In this document: positions 10,425 to 19,725 of the stretch, piece by piece
Layout of the letters: every line of letters begins with the position of its first letter
Numbering within the stretch: the stretch's first letter is position 1
NCBI GenBank assembly: GCA_965228875.1
Contig: OZ245843.1
Location: 3,578,616 to 3,642,615 of the forward strand
Direction: 5' to 3'
Length of the DNA stretch: 64,000 nt
From: Thalassobaculaceae bacterium
Lineage (GTDB): Bacteria; Pseudomonadota; Alphaproteobacteria; Thalassobaculales; Thalassobaculaceae
Notes under the pieces: generated by a model
The model's database searches: none
The model's input: the letters and a program-made list of their open reading frames with translations, nothing else
Told to the model about the DNA's origin: nothing
Made by a program: the position numbers and the translations under genes

Positions 10425-10909
10425 GACACGCGCTCCGCGAACCGCCGCATCAGCAGCGTGTTCACCCGGTTCTGCAGACGCTTGGCCGGCACCGGCTTGG
10501 TCAGAAGGATGTCGGCGCCGAGCCGCTGGGCCTCCCTGACCGTGAAGTCGTTGACCGACCCGGCCAGCAGGACCACCGGAATGTCTTCGGGGAGGGTCGT
10601 CGAATCCTCGCGGATCCGCTGCAGCAGTTCGAACCCGTCGGTCCCGTCCGGTCCCTCGAGCTGGGCGTCGAGGATCATCAGGTCGGGCGTGATCTCCTCG
10701 GCCGCGTAGAGCGCGGCGGCGGCGTTGTGGGCATCCAGCGGCATGGGAAACCCGAGTTCCACGAGGGCACGGACCAGCAGGGCACGGTTGTCGTCGTCCG
10801 GTTCGACCACCAGGACCAGCAGGCCATCGTAGTCGAATCGTGCCAGAACACCCTCCATGACCCGCGTCAGCTTGCGCGATTGCGACTGTCCTGTCGGCAT
10901 TTGGCCCAT
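10412..10909 (-). CDS. Single-domain response regulator (CheY-like)
   Basis: LVLVVE, PDLMILD (phosphoacceptor Asp), LTKP. Confidence 0.85.
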   Translation of the reverse strand: MGQMPTGQSQSRKLTRVMEGVLARFDYDGLLVLVVEPDDDNRALLVRALVELGFPMPLDAHNAAAALYAAEEITPDLMILDAQLEGPDGTDGFELLQRIREDSTTLPEDIPVVLLAGSVNDFTVREAQRLGADILLTKPVPAKRLQNRVNTLLMRRFAERVSWGQ

Positions 10910-11051
10910 GGCCCCCTGGGTACTGGTCTGCTAGCGTCCGAGCCGTTCTGCCGAGTCTAGCCGAGTCGCGCGCCGACGCGAAGCCGGTGCAACGACGGGC
11001 CACGACAGCGCCACCACGGCCCCACCACGGCGCGAATCCGGAGTTTCCAGC

Positions 11052-11678
11052 ATGGACACAGCCACCCCGACCGCTCTCGAGACCGAGTCCGACCTGCGCG
11101 AGATCTACGGCTCGCCCAGTCCGACCGCCGCCAAGAAGCAGCTCACCCACCTGGACAGGCATGCCAGGCGTTTCATCGAACTGTCGCCGTTCCTGGTGAT
11201 CTCGACTCAAGGGGCCGACGGGCTTGGCGACGTATCGCCGAAGGGCGACGCGCCGGGCTTCGTCGCCGTGCTCGACGACACCACGCTGCTGATTCCCGAC
11301 CGGCCGGGCAACAACCGGATCGACACCCTGAGCAACCTCACCGAGAACCCGGGCGTCGGGCTGCTGTTTATGATCCCGGGAGTGAACGAGACCCTGCGGA
11401 TCAACGGCCGGGCGCGGGTGATCGCCGACACGGGGATGCTGACGCGGTTCGAGGTCCGCAACCGGCTTCCGAAGACCGGCATCCTGGTCGAGGTCGACGA
11501 GATGTACCTGCACTGCGCCAAGGCGCTGGTCCGCTCCAAACTCTGGGAGGATGACTACAGGGTCGAGCGCAAGGTGCTCCCCTCCCTCGGACAGATGATC
11601 GCTGACCAGGTCGAGGGTATCGACGTCGCCGAGGCGGAAAAGCGCATCGAGGACTCCGAGAAGAACAACCTCTACTGA
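11052..11678 (+). CDS. Pyridoxamine 5'-phosphate oxidase-like FMN-binding protein
   Basis: DVSPKGD, IPDRPGNNR, ETLRING, HCAKA. Confidence 0.88.
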   Translation: MDTATPTALETESDLREIYGSPSPTAAKKQLTHLDRHARRFIELSPFLVISTQGADGLGDVSPKGDAPGFVAVLDDTTLLIPDRPGNNRIDTLSNLTENPGVGLLFMIPGVNETLRINGRARVIADTGMLTRFEVRNRLPKTGILVEVDEMYLHCAKALVRSKLWEDDYRVERKVLPSLGQMIADQVEGIDVAEAEKRIEDSEKNNLY

Positions 11679-11720
11679 CCGGGCTCTACCGACCAAGCTC
11701 CACCGACCGGGGCTCCTACC
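11670..11720. repeat. Degenerate ~14-bp tandem repeat between convergent genes
   Basis: ctctactgaccggg / ctctaccgaccaag / ctccaccgaccggg / gctcctacc, starting across the stop codon. Confidence 0.6.
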
Positions 11721-12015
11721 GTCGCCGGGTGCGGCGGTGCCGGCTGGTGAAGGTCGGCGGCTTGCCCGCCACCCAGGCCAGGAACCGGGCGATCTCCGGA
11801 TGGGCCCGCAGCTTCTCCGGGGTGTCGTAGTCGCGGGCGAGGCTGCGTTCGTCGAGAACGCTGTGGACCTTGCGGTGACAGACCGTATGCATCGCCTCGG
11901 CCGCCCGGCCGCCCTCGCTCTTCGGGACCCAGTGGTGCCGGTCGACGCTCGGTCCGGCCACCATCGGCCGGCCGCAGAGCGGGCAGGGGCCGAGGTCGTC
12001 GTCCACGCCGCTCAA
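11716..12015 (-). CDS. Small HNH-family zinc-binding endonuclease-like protein
   Basis: CPLCGR...[10 protein letters not shown]...VCHRKVH; TTG start overlapping the upstream stop. Confidence 0.78.
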   Translation of the reverse strand: MSGVDDDLGPCPLCGRPMVAGPSVDRHHWVPKSEGGRAAEAMHTVCHRKVHSVLDERSLARDYDTPEKLRAHPEIARFLAWVAGKPPTFTSRHRRTRRR

Positions 12016-12785
12016 TACCCGAGCCCGGCCTCCGGCCGCTCGTCGGTGAAGGTCACGTTGACCCGGGCGGCGCCGGGGGCGGTGTTGGCGAATTCCGAGG
12101 TGAAGGCCGTCTTCTCGTCCGGCAGAAGCTGGTACGACTCGGTGGTGAACAGCCAACTCGCCAGCGTCTGGCCACCCTCGTCCAGAACCGTAGCCCGCAG
12201 GGACGGCAGGCTCACCATGCCGTCGCCGGGATTGCGGATCTCGCCGTGCACCACCAGCACCTCGACCGTGCCTTCCTGACGGCGATCGACGTAGACGTTC
12301 TGCAGCACCAGATCCTCGCCCGGCACCGGAACCGGCATGCCGATCGTCTCGTACAGCAGGGCGCTGGCCGGCCAGGCGTGGACCAGGGAGGTGCGGCCCG
12401 CGAGCAGCCCGGCTGGGATCGCCACGGCGAGGGCGAGCAGGACATAGAGGACGACCGGCCGGCGCTTCCTGTCGGCATCGGCCCCGGTCATCGGGCGGAA
12501 TCGGGAGACATCGCCGAGCGGGGGCGGATCCATCGCCTCGCCGGCCTCCATCCTGTCCTCGCCGAGCCCCTCCTCCAGCGGCGCGTCCAGATCCGCGTCC
12601 TGCTCCGGCGCGAACTCCTCCTCCGTCTCGGGCCGCTTCGGTTTCGGCTTGGCCTTCGGCTTCGGCATCTGATGCCATTTGTGCTCGCAGTTGCTGCACT
12701 TGAGCTTGCGCCCCTTGGTGCCGAGCGCCTTGTCGGGCACCTTGAACTTCTGCGCACATTCCGGGCAGGTGACGAGCATTCGCAT
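12012..12785 (-). CDS. MJ0042-type zinc-ribbon + TM + DUF3426 protein (ZitP-like architecture)
   Basis: N-terminal CPEC...CSNCEHKW, acidic linker, one TM, C-terminal GEIRN domain. Confidence 0.82.
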   Translation of the reverse strand: MRMLVTCPECAQKFKVPDKALGTKGRKLKCSNCEHKWHQMPKPKAKPKPKRPETEEEFAPEQDADLDAPLEEGLGEDRMEAGEAMDPPPLGDVSRFRPMTGADADRKRRPVVLYVLLALAVAIPAGLLAGRTSLVHAWPASALLYETIGMPVPVPGEDLVLQNVYVDRRQEGTVEVLVVHGEIRNPGDGMVSLPSLRATVLDEGGQTLASWLFTTESYQLLPDEKTAFTSEFANTAPGAARVNVTFTDERPEAGLGY

Positions 12786-12971
12786 CCTCGCGGTCGATCC
12801 GCGCCAACGTACATTGCCCGGGCGCCAGGCGACAAGAAGCAGCACCGGCGACGCATCCCATCCGACGCCCCGGGTGGCACCGGCGCGGCCGCGCCGCATT
12901 TTTGCCGCTGTGGGGCCGCCGGGCGGGTGCTACCGTCCCGCCAATCGTCTCGAACGGGAGGAAAAAGGGAC

Positions 12972-13727
12972 ATGACTGAAGTGAAATCCGCCATCGTCAC
13001 GGGTGCCGGCTCCGGGATCGGCAAGGCGAGCGCCATCGCCCTTCTGAAGGACGGCTGGAGCGTCGCGCTGGCCGGCCGCCGCCAGGATGCGCTGGAGGGT
13101 ACGAAGGCCGATGCCGGCGCCGACGGCGACCGGGCGCTGGTCGTGCCGACCGACGTGACCGATCCGGCAGCGGTGAAGACGCTGTTCGACAGGACGGTCG
13201 AGGCGTTCGGACGTGTCGACTTCATCTTCAACAACGCTGGCATGAACGCGCCCGGCATTCCGCTCGAGGACCTGTCCGACGATCAGTGGCGCGCCGTGGT
13301 CGACGTCAACCTGACCGGTTGCTTCTGGGTCATCCGCGAGGCGTTTCGTGTGATGAAGGCGCAGGAGCCGATGGGCGGGCGCATCGTCAACAACGGTTCG
13401 ATCTCGGCCCATGCGCCGCGCCCCGACAGCATTCCCTACACCGCGACCAAGCATGCGATCTCCGGCCTGACCAAGACCGCGTCGCTGGACGGCCGCCAGT
13501 ACGACATCGCCGTCGGCCAGATCGACGTCGGCAATGCGGTCACCGAGCTCGCGGCGCGGATGAAGACCGGCGTGAAGCAGGCCAACGGCGAGATCAAGCC
13601 GGAGGCGATGATGGACGTGAGCAATGTCGCCAACGCCATCGTCTACATGGCCAGCCTGCCGCCGGAGGCCAACATCCAGACCCTGACGGTGATGGCCACC
13701 AAGATGCCGTTCGTCGGCCGCGGCTAG
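12972..13727 (+). CDS. Short-chain dehydrogenase/reductase
   Basis: [17 protein letters not shown] catalytic motif. Confidence 0.92.
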   Translation: MTEVKSAIVTGAGSGIGKASAIALLKDGWSVALAGRRQDALEGTKADAGADGDRALVVPTDVTDPAAVKTLFDRTVEAFGRVDFIFNNAGMNAPGIPLEDLSDDQWRAVVDVNLTGCFWVIREAFRVMKAQEPMGGRIVNNGSISAHAPRPDSIPYTATKHAISGLTKTASLDGRQYDIAVGQIDVGNAVTELAARMKTGVKQANGEIKPEAMMDVSNVANAIVYMASLPPEANIQTLTVMATKMPFVGRG

Positions 13728-13929
13728 GACACGCACACTCCCTGCTCCGTCACCCCGGTCAGATACCGGAGGTGACGGAGCGACGGCTTCCGGCATGAAC
13801 GGCGCAGGCTTGACCGGCGGGGGCGATTCGCGCGCCCGTCCGCGGTCGCCCGGGGGCCGCAACGCAAGCGATCCGCCGGAGAACCGCCACATCATGACCC
13901 GGTCCGTGGAGAGTGCTACCCAAGAGGCC

Positions 13930-15819
13930 ATGGCCCTCGCCCTTCCGGATCCCGACGATACCGCTTCCCCCGGCCCCGCTGCCGGCCCCGTCTCCGGCCG
14001 CTGCCCGGAGACGGCGCTGCATGACATCTTCGGCTTCGCCGAGTTCCGCCCCGGCCAGCGGGCGGTCATCGACAGCATTCTCGCCGGCAAGGACACGGTC
14101 GCAGTCATGCCGACAGGCGCCGGAAAGTCGCTCTGCTTTCAGCTCCCGGCGGTGATGGACGGCGGCCTGACCGTCGTCGTCTCGCCGCTGATCGCGCTGA
14201 TGGAGGACCAGGTCCGTTCGCTGCGCCTGCAGGGCGTGTGCGCCGCCGCCATGCACTCCGGCCAGCCGCCGGGCGCCAACGCCGACACCTGGCGCCTCGC
14301 GCGCTCCGGCGAGCTGCGCCTGCTCTACATCGCGCCGGAGCGGCTCGCCCTGGACGGCATTCTCGACGACCTGTCCGACATCGGCGTCACCCGTCTGGTG
14401 GTCGACGAAGCCCATTGCATCAGCCAGTGGGGCCACGCCTTCCGGCCGGACTACCTGACGCTCGCCCGCGTGCGCGAGAGGCTCGGGGTTCCGACCGCCG
14501 CCTTCACCGCCACCGCCGACGCCGCCACCCGCCGCGACATCGTCGACCGGCTGTGCGGCAGCCAGGGGGAGAGCGGCGAGGCCGAGGTCTTCGTCTTCGG
14601 ATTCGACCGGCCGAACCTGGACCTTCGGATCGCCGAGAAGCGCAGCCCGGCCAAGCAGCTCCTCGCCTTCCTGGAGGAGCGCCGGGGCGAGAGCGGCATC
14701 GTCTACTGCCTGTCGCGCCGCGCGGTCGAGGAGACGGCGGCCAGCCTGAACCGCCACGGCATCGCCGCGGTGCCCTACCACGCCGGGCTCGACCCGGAGG
14801 TGCGGTCGGCCAATCAGGACCGGTTCGTGACCGAGGACGGGCTGGTCGTCTGCGCCACGATCGCCTTCGGCATGGGCATCGACAAGCCGGATGTCCGCTT
14901 CGTCTTCCACACCGACGTACCCGGCTCGGTCGAGGCCTACTACCAGGAGATCGGCCGCGCCGGCCGCGACGGGCTGCCGGCGACGGTGCAGATGCTGTAC
15001 GGCCTCGCCGACATCGCCCAGCGCCGCCGCTTCATCGACGAAAGCGGGGCGAGCGAAGATCAGCGACGGATCGAACATCGGCGTCTGAACACCCTGCTCG
15101 GCATCTGCGAGACCGCCGGCTGCCGCCGCCAGGCCCTGCTCGCCGCCCTCGGAGAGTCGCTGGCCGAGCCGTGCGGCAACTGCGACACCTGCCGCGAGCC
15201 GCCGGAGACCCTGGACGGGCTGATCCCGGCGCAGAAGGTGCTCTCGGCCATCCTGCGCACCGGCCAGCGGTTCGGCGCCGGCCACGTCGTCGATGTCCTG
15301 CTCGGCGGCAAGACCGAGGCTGTGCAGCGCCACGGCCACGACGCGCTGCCGACATTCGGCGTCGGCACCGAGTTCGACCGTAACGGCTGGCGCTCGGTGA
15401 TCCGCCAGCTCGTCGCCTCCGGGATCGTCGCCATCGACACCGCCGGTTATGGCGGCCTCACCGTGGGCGAGGCCGGGCGGGCGGTGCTGAAAGGCGAGGT
15501 GGCGGTGACCCTGCGCCGCGACACCGGCAGGCCGGCCAAGGCCGGACGCGGCCGCGAGACCGTGGCGGCCAGCGTCTCGCCGGAGAATGCGGATCTGCTG
15601 CGGGCGCTGAAGGAGGAGCGGCGCACCATCGCCCGTGAGCTGTCCCTGCCGGCCTACACGGTGCTGCACGACCGCTCGCTGATCGAGCTGGCCGAGCGCC
15701 GACCGGCCTCGCTCGACGCGTTCGCCGGCATCCACGGCGTCGGTCAGGCCAAGCTGGAGAAGTTCGGCGAGAGATTCCTCGCCGTGATCCGGAACGCCCC
15801 CGTAGACTCGGGGGCATGA
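13930..15819 (+). CDS. recQ: ATP-dependent DNA helicase RecQ
   Basis: MPTGAGKS, DEAHCISQWGH, FGMGIDKPDVR, QEIGRAGRDG, RQC Cys cluster, HRDC; alternative start 13894. Confidence 0.95.
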   Translation: MALALPDPDDTASPGPAAGPVSGRCPETALHDIFGFAEFRPGQRAVIDSILAGKDTVAVMPTGAGKSLCFQLPAVMDGGLTVVVSPLIALMEDQVRSLRLQGVCAAAMHSGQPPGANADTWRLARSGELRLLYIAPERLALDGILDDLSDIGVTRLVVDEAHCISQWGHAFRPDYLTLARVRERLGVPTAAFTATADAATRRDIVDRLCGSQGESGEAEVFVFGFDRPNLDLRIAEKRSPAKQLLAFLEERRGESGIVYCLSRRAVEETAASLNRHGIAAVPYHAGLDPEVRSANQDRFVTEDGLVVCATIAFGMGIDKPDVRFVFHTDVPGSVEAYYQEIGRAGRDGLPATVQMLYGLADIAQRRRFIDESGASEDQRRIEHRRLNTLLGICETAGCRRQALLAALGESLAEPCGNCDTCREPPETLDGLIPAQKVLSAILRTGQRFGAGHVVDVLLGGKTEAVQRHGHDALPTFGVGTEFDRNGWRSVIRQLVASGIVAIDTAGYGGLTVGEAGRAVLKGEVAVTLRRDTGRPAKAGRGRETVAASVSPENADLLRALKEERRTIARELSLPAYTVLHDRSLIELAERRPASLDAFAGIHGVGQAKLEKFGERFLAVIRNAPVDSGA

Positions 15820-17531
15820 CACCCGCCCGCAGACAGGCCCCCTTCGCTTCCCCCGATATCGAGCTGCGCCGGGATCCGGACGGAACCATCCACCTGCGTT
15901 CTCGCGTCGACGCCGCACCGCATCCCGACACCCTCATCGACCATCTCGACCGTTGGGCCGTCGAGACGCCGGACCGCAGTCTGGTCGCCGAACGGTCGGG
16001 AGACGGTTGGCGCGCGGTCGGTTTCGCCGAGGCGGCGGAGAAGAGTCGAGGCATCGCCGCCGCCCTGCTCGACCGCCGCGTGCCGTCGGTCATGGTGCTG
16101 TCGGAGAACTCGGTCGACCAGGCGCTGCTGATGCTCGGAGCGTTCCGGGCCGGGGTGCCGTTCTGCCCGGTCTCGTCCGCCTACGCGCTGCTGTCGCGGG
16201 ATTTCGACAAGCTGCGGCGGATCGTTGGAACCGTGCGCCCCGGTCTGGTCCTGGCGGAGGGGCTCGAACGCTTCGAACGGGCGCGGGCGGCGGTCGATTT
16301 CGGCGGAGCCGAATTCGTCGCCAACATAAACAACCTCGCCGTCACCAGGCACGCCACGCTGCCGCGGGTCGACACCGACGCGACGGCCAAGATCCTGTTC
16401 ACCTCCGGCTCGACCGGGGTGCCGAAGGGGGTGATCAACACCCACCGGATGCTGGCGTCTAATCAGGCCGCCCTCGGTCAGGTCTGGACCTGCCTGCGGG
16501 ACCGTCCGCCGGTCATGCTCGACTGGCTGCCCTGGAGCCACACCTTCGGCGGCAACCAGAACCTCGGCCTCGCGATCAGCTACGGCGGGACCCTCCTAAT
16601 CGACGACGGCCGACCGACACCGGACCGGATCGCCCGCACGGTGGAGAATCTGGGCCACGTCGCGCCGACCCTGCACTTCAACGTGCCGCGCGGCCTCGAC
16701 ATGCTACTGCCCTACCTGGAAGCGGATCCGGCGCTGCGGGACCGGTTCTTCGCCGAGCTCGAGTTCGTATTCTACGCCGGCGCCACCCTGCCGCAGTCGC
16801 TATGGCAACGGGTGGAGGCGCTTGGCCTGGCGGCAACCGGCGAACTGCCGATCCTCACCACCTGCTACGGTACGACGGAGACGGCGCCGATGGCGCTCGC
16901 CGCCCATCTGCCGCTGGAGCGCGCCGGCGTGGTCGGGGTACCGGTCCCGGGGGTCGAGGCCAAGCTGGTGCCGACCGGCGACAAGCTGCAGATCGCGCTC
17001 CGCGGTCCGAACATCACGCCAGGCTACGCCGGGCGCGAGGATCTGACCGTCGATGCCTTCGATGCCGACGGCTACTTCGTCAGCGGCGACGCGGTCCGCC
17101 TGGCCGATCCGGACGACCCCAATGCCGGCATCGTGTTCGACGGGCGCATCGCCGAGGACTTCAAGCTGTCGACCGGCACCTGGGTCAGCGTCGGCGCCCT
17201 GCGGGTGGCGGTGATCGCCGCCTGCGGCAAGGCGGTGAGCGATGTCGTCATCGCCGGCCTTGACCGCGACGCGATCGGCCTGCTGATCTTCGCCAATGCC
17301 GGCGCGACGGCGGAAGCCATCCGTGACGGCCTCGCCCGCCACAATGCCGCCAATCCCGGCTCCAGCACGCGCATCGCCCGCGCCCTGATCCTGGACACGC
17401 CGCCGGATGTGGATTCCGGCGAGATCACCGACAAGGGATATCTCAACCAGCGCCGCATCCTGGAGCGCCGGGCGGACCGGGTGGCGCAACTCTTCGCGGA
17501 GCCGGCGGGGCCGGGCGTGATCGTGCCCTGA
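15816..17531 (+). CDS. Feruloyl-CoA synthetase-like AMP-binding acyl-CoA ligase
   Basis: FTSGSTGVPKG, DWLPWSHTFGG, YGTTET, GEITDKGYLNQ. Confidence 0.85.
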   Translation: MTPARRQAPFASPDIELRRDPDGTIHLRSRVDAAPHPDTLIDHLDRWAVETPDRSLVAERSGDGWRAVGFAEAAEKSRGIAAALLDRRVPSVMVLSENSVDQALLMLGAFRAGVPFCPVSSAYALLSRDFDKLRRIVGTVRPGLVLAEGLERFERARAAVDFGGAEFVANINNLAVTRHATLPRVDTDATAKILFTSGSTGVPKGVINTHRMLASNQAALGQVWTCLRDRPPVMLDWLPWSHTFGGNQNLGLAISYGGTLLIDDGRPTPDRIARTVENLGHVAPTLHFNVPRGLDMLLPYLEADPALRDRFFAELEFVFYAGATLPQSLWQRVEALGLAATGELPILTTCYGTTETAPMALAAHLPLERAGVVGVPVPGVEAKLVPTGDKLQIALRGPNITPGYAGREDLTVDAFDADGYFVSGDAVRLADPDDPNAGIVFDGRIAEDFKLSTGTWVSVGALRVAVIAACGKAVSDVVIAGLDRDAIGLLIFANAGATAEAIRDGLARHNAANPGSSTRIARALILDTPPDVDSGEITDKGYLNQRRILERRADRVAQLFAEPAGPGVIVP

Positions 17532-17537
17532 CCCGCG

Positions 17538-18722
17538 TCAGAGTTCGTGGACCATGGGGGACTGGTCGTAGAAGTCGGGATTCGAGCCGACATAGCTCTT
17601 GAACGACCCGGACGAGTCGTGCCCGATCATCGCCACGGAGTGGGTCTCGACGGGATCCCCGGCACCGGCCCGGCCGTAGACCGGAACGTCGCGCTTGCCC
17701 GGGTGAAGCCCCATGGAGTCGGCCGTCGCGCGCCACGCGTCATGGATCTCGCGGACCTTATCCGGTCCCAGCAGGGCGACATGCTGGTCGCTGACGTCCA
17801 GGTAGTTGCCAACAACCTCGTTCGGCAGACCGTCGCTCAGCACGTAGTTCTGCGGCGCCTGGAAGGCCGGGCGGAACACGTCGGCCTCGAAATCCGCCTT
17901 GTACCGTCCTCTGCGCCAATCGGTGATGCGCCCCGACCCGTCCCCGGCAACATCGTAGAGACCGTCGAAGATCTCGCCGAACCGGTCCGCCGCGCCGCCC
18001 TGGCCGATCGATCGCAACATGGTCTGGTAGTTGTTCTTCGCGGCGACCCGGTTCTCGTCCGGCATTCCCGGCCGCGACAGGATCATGTGACCGAACATGT
18101 AGAGATCGGACGCCGGCACCAGATGGCGCAGATGCAGTTCGCCGCGCCTGAACCTCTCCTCGCCGGCGCCGACGAATTTGACCGCGTTGACAACATGCTC
18201 CGGCGTGATCGCCACGCCCTCGTACTCAGCCTGGGTTCCCGCCAGGACCGCCACGAGCGTCTCGTCCGAGATGTTCGGCCGGCGATAATGCGCCTTCTTG
18301 GTCCGCGCGTAGCTCTCGGCGCTCGCCGCCCGTTGGATGACGGGCGAGACCGGCGCAGAGCCGGCAGCGGGGCGGGCGGGGTGCGGCGTTCTGGCCAGTC
18401 CGGCGACCGGCCGTCCGGCGGCACGCTGTTCGTGCGCCAGCGGCGCCCGACCGGCGGAGGGGTCCATCGGCCCGGGCTTCGCTTGCGCCGCCGCACCCGG
18501 TCGCACCGCTCGGGCCTCGTGCGGCAACAGTGGGCGCGACGACCCGACCGGCATGGATGCCCACATGGGCTGGTACGCCGCGCCGCGCTCGCCGGCCTGC
18601 CGCCGCTCGTGGGGCAGCAGCGGGCGCGTCGCGTCCACCGGCCCGGCGGTTCTCGGCTGCGCCGCCTGCACCCCGCCGACCTGGCGGAGTTCGTGCGGCA
18701 ACAACGCCCGTCGCGGCGTCAC
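17538..18722 (-). CDS. Hypothetical protein: four N-terminal LLPHE repeats, PVIQR motif, then a ~265-aa unknown (possibly toxin) domain
   Basis: GTG start overlapping the upstream TGA (GTGA); repeats RALLPHELR, RPLLPHERR, RPLLPHEAR, RAPLAHEQR; globular-looking C-terminal region. Confidence 0.75.
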   Translation of the reverse strand: MTPRRALLPHELRQVGGVQAAQPRTAGPVDATRPLLPHERRQAGERGAAYQPMWASMPVGSSRPLLPHEARAVRPGAAAQAKPGPMDPSAGRAPLAHEQRAAGRPVAGLARTPHPARPAAGSAPVSPVIQRAASAESYARTKKAHYRRPNISDETLVAVLAGTQAEYEGVAITPEHVVNAVKFVGAGEERFRRGELHLRHLVPASDLYMFGHMILSRPGMPDENRVAAKNNYQTMLRSIGQGGAADRFGEIFDGLYDVAGDGSGRITDWRRGRYKADFEADVFRPAFQAPQNYVLSDGLPNEVVGNYLDVSDQHVALLGPDKVREIHDAWRATADSMGLHPGKRDVPVYGRAGAGDPVETHSVAMIGHDSSGSFKSYVGSNPDFYDQSPMVHEL

Positions 18723-19623
18723 CCGACCGGTCCCCGCCCCCGGACCACGCGGTGCATGTCGCCCGGCGACACGACGCCGGCGCGCGGCCCGACCTCGATC
18801 CCGGCGGAGCGCATGACGTCGCGGGCAAACACGCCGCAATCGGCGCCGGTCAGGCTGAACATCGGCGGTCGGCTTCGATATTCCGCGATCTTCGCCATCG
18901 CACTGTGCGCCTGGACCGCGTCGACCTCGAAGCTGCGGGTACGGACGCCGGGCTTGGCGAAGGCGCCGGCGTCGCTGTGGACCTGGCCGGGCACGCCCCG
19001 GCGCAGCACGCCGACGTCGCGGCGCAGATCGATCCGCTCTCGGCCCGCCGGCGAGAAGCCGACGGTATGCGCCTGGCCGCCCGGCCCCTGGATCGACACG
19101 AAACTGTGCCCCGCCGCCTCCTGCGGCAGGCCGGGCGCGGTGTGCATGTAGGTGCCGACGGTGATGGTGTATCCGCCTACCGCGGGCTGCACCGCAACGG
19201 CCCGGCCGGCGGGCTGGGCCGCGGAAGCAGGAATGGCGGGTTGCACCGCCGGCGCGCGGGTGGCGGGGACCGCCGAGCCGCCGATCGGGGCGGCCGGCCG
19301 ATCGCGACCGTGCGCCCGGACCTCATGAGCCAGCAGCGGCCGGCCCGGCGGCGTGCTGCGCCCCGCCGGCATCCGGTCTCAGCCGGTGTGAGGCGGCACG
19401 CCCGGCGCCGGCACGCCGGTGGTCATGCGCTGCTCGTGCGGCAGCATGCCGCGACCGCCGTTCGGTGCTTCCGGCGCGATGCCGAAGGGCTGAACCGCCA
19501 GGGGCCGGAAACCGCGCGCTGCTCGTGCGGCAGCATCGCCCGAGGCGCCTGAGCGCCAGCGCCGGCCGCCTGGGGCTGGGCCGCGCCACCGAGCTGTCGC
19601 ATCTCGTGAGGCAGCAGAGCCCT
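18423..19623 (-). repeat. Eight copies of a coding R-x-[LMP]-L-[PA]-H-E-x-R motif spread over three ORFs
   Basis: Motifs at 19623-19597, 19542-19516, 19453-19427, 19342-19316, 18710-18684, 18626-18600, 18536-18510, 18449-18423. Confidence 0.85.
18719..19372 (-). CDS. LLAHE-leader protein with a C-terminal permuted papain-like (His...Cys) domain
   Basis: RPLLAHEVR and AVQP motifs, then GHSFV...TVGFSP...FSLTGADCGVFARDVMRSAGI. Confidence 0.72.
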   Translation of the reverse strand: MPAGRSTPPGRPLLAHEVRAHGRDRPAAPIGGSAVPATRAPAVQPAIPASAAQPAGRAVAVQPAVGGYTITVGTYMHTAPGLPQEAAGHSFVSIQGPGGQAHTVGFSPAGRERIDLRRDVGVLRRGVPGQVHSDAGAFAKPGVRTRSFEVDAVQAHSAMAKIAEYRSRPPMFSLTGADCGVFARDVMRSAGIEVGPRAGVVSPGDMHRVVRGRGPVG

Positions 19624-19638
19624 GGGAAAGTTGCTCAT
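19379..19638 (-). pseudogene. Repeat-only LLPHE peptide gene with an apparent single-base frameshift (pseudogene, recoding or sequencing error)
   Basis: GGAGG RBS + ATG at 19638; two motifs in one frame, and a third motif (RGMLPHEQR) plus AVQP in another frame ending at TGA 19379; motif 2-to-3 spacing is 89 nt. Confidence 0.6.
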
Positions 19639-19725
19639 CGCACCCTCCGATGAACATGTTGCGCTCCCCCATAGATAGCGCGAAACGCCGGCGGCGCCAA
19701 TCTTCCCTATTGCGGCGCGGGCCCT

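Noticed and set aside
9291..11696. Apparent 801-aa fusion ending in agmatine deiminase
   Set aside because: The N-terminal extension overlaps two real genes; the true start is near 10424. The same over-extension applies to 5939-7513 and 12246-13727.
15816..15819. recQ / acyl-CoA ligase ATGA overlap as a functional link
   Set aside because: Such overlaps are common throughout this window, and no mechanistic link is evident.
18423..19623. LLPHE/LLAHE repeats as HExxH zinc metalloprotease sites
   Set aside because: All eight copies read HExR without a second His at the HExxH position, and they lie in low-complexity sequence, so an active protease site is unlikely.
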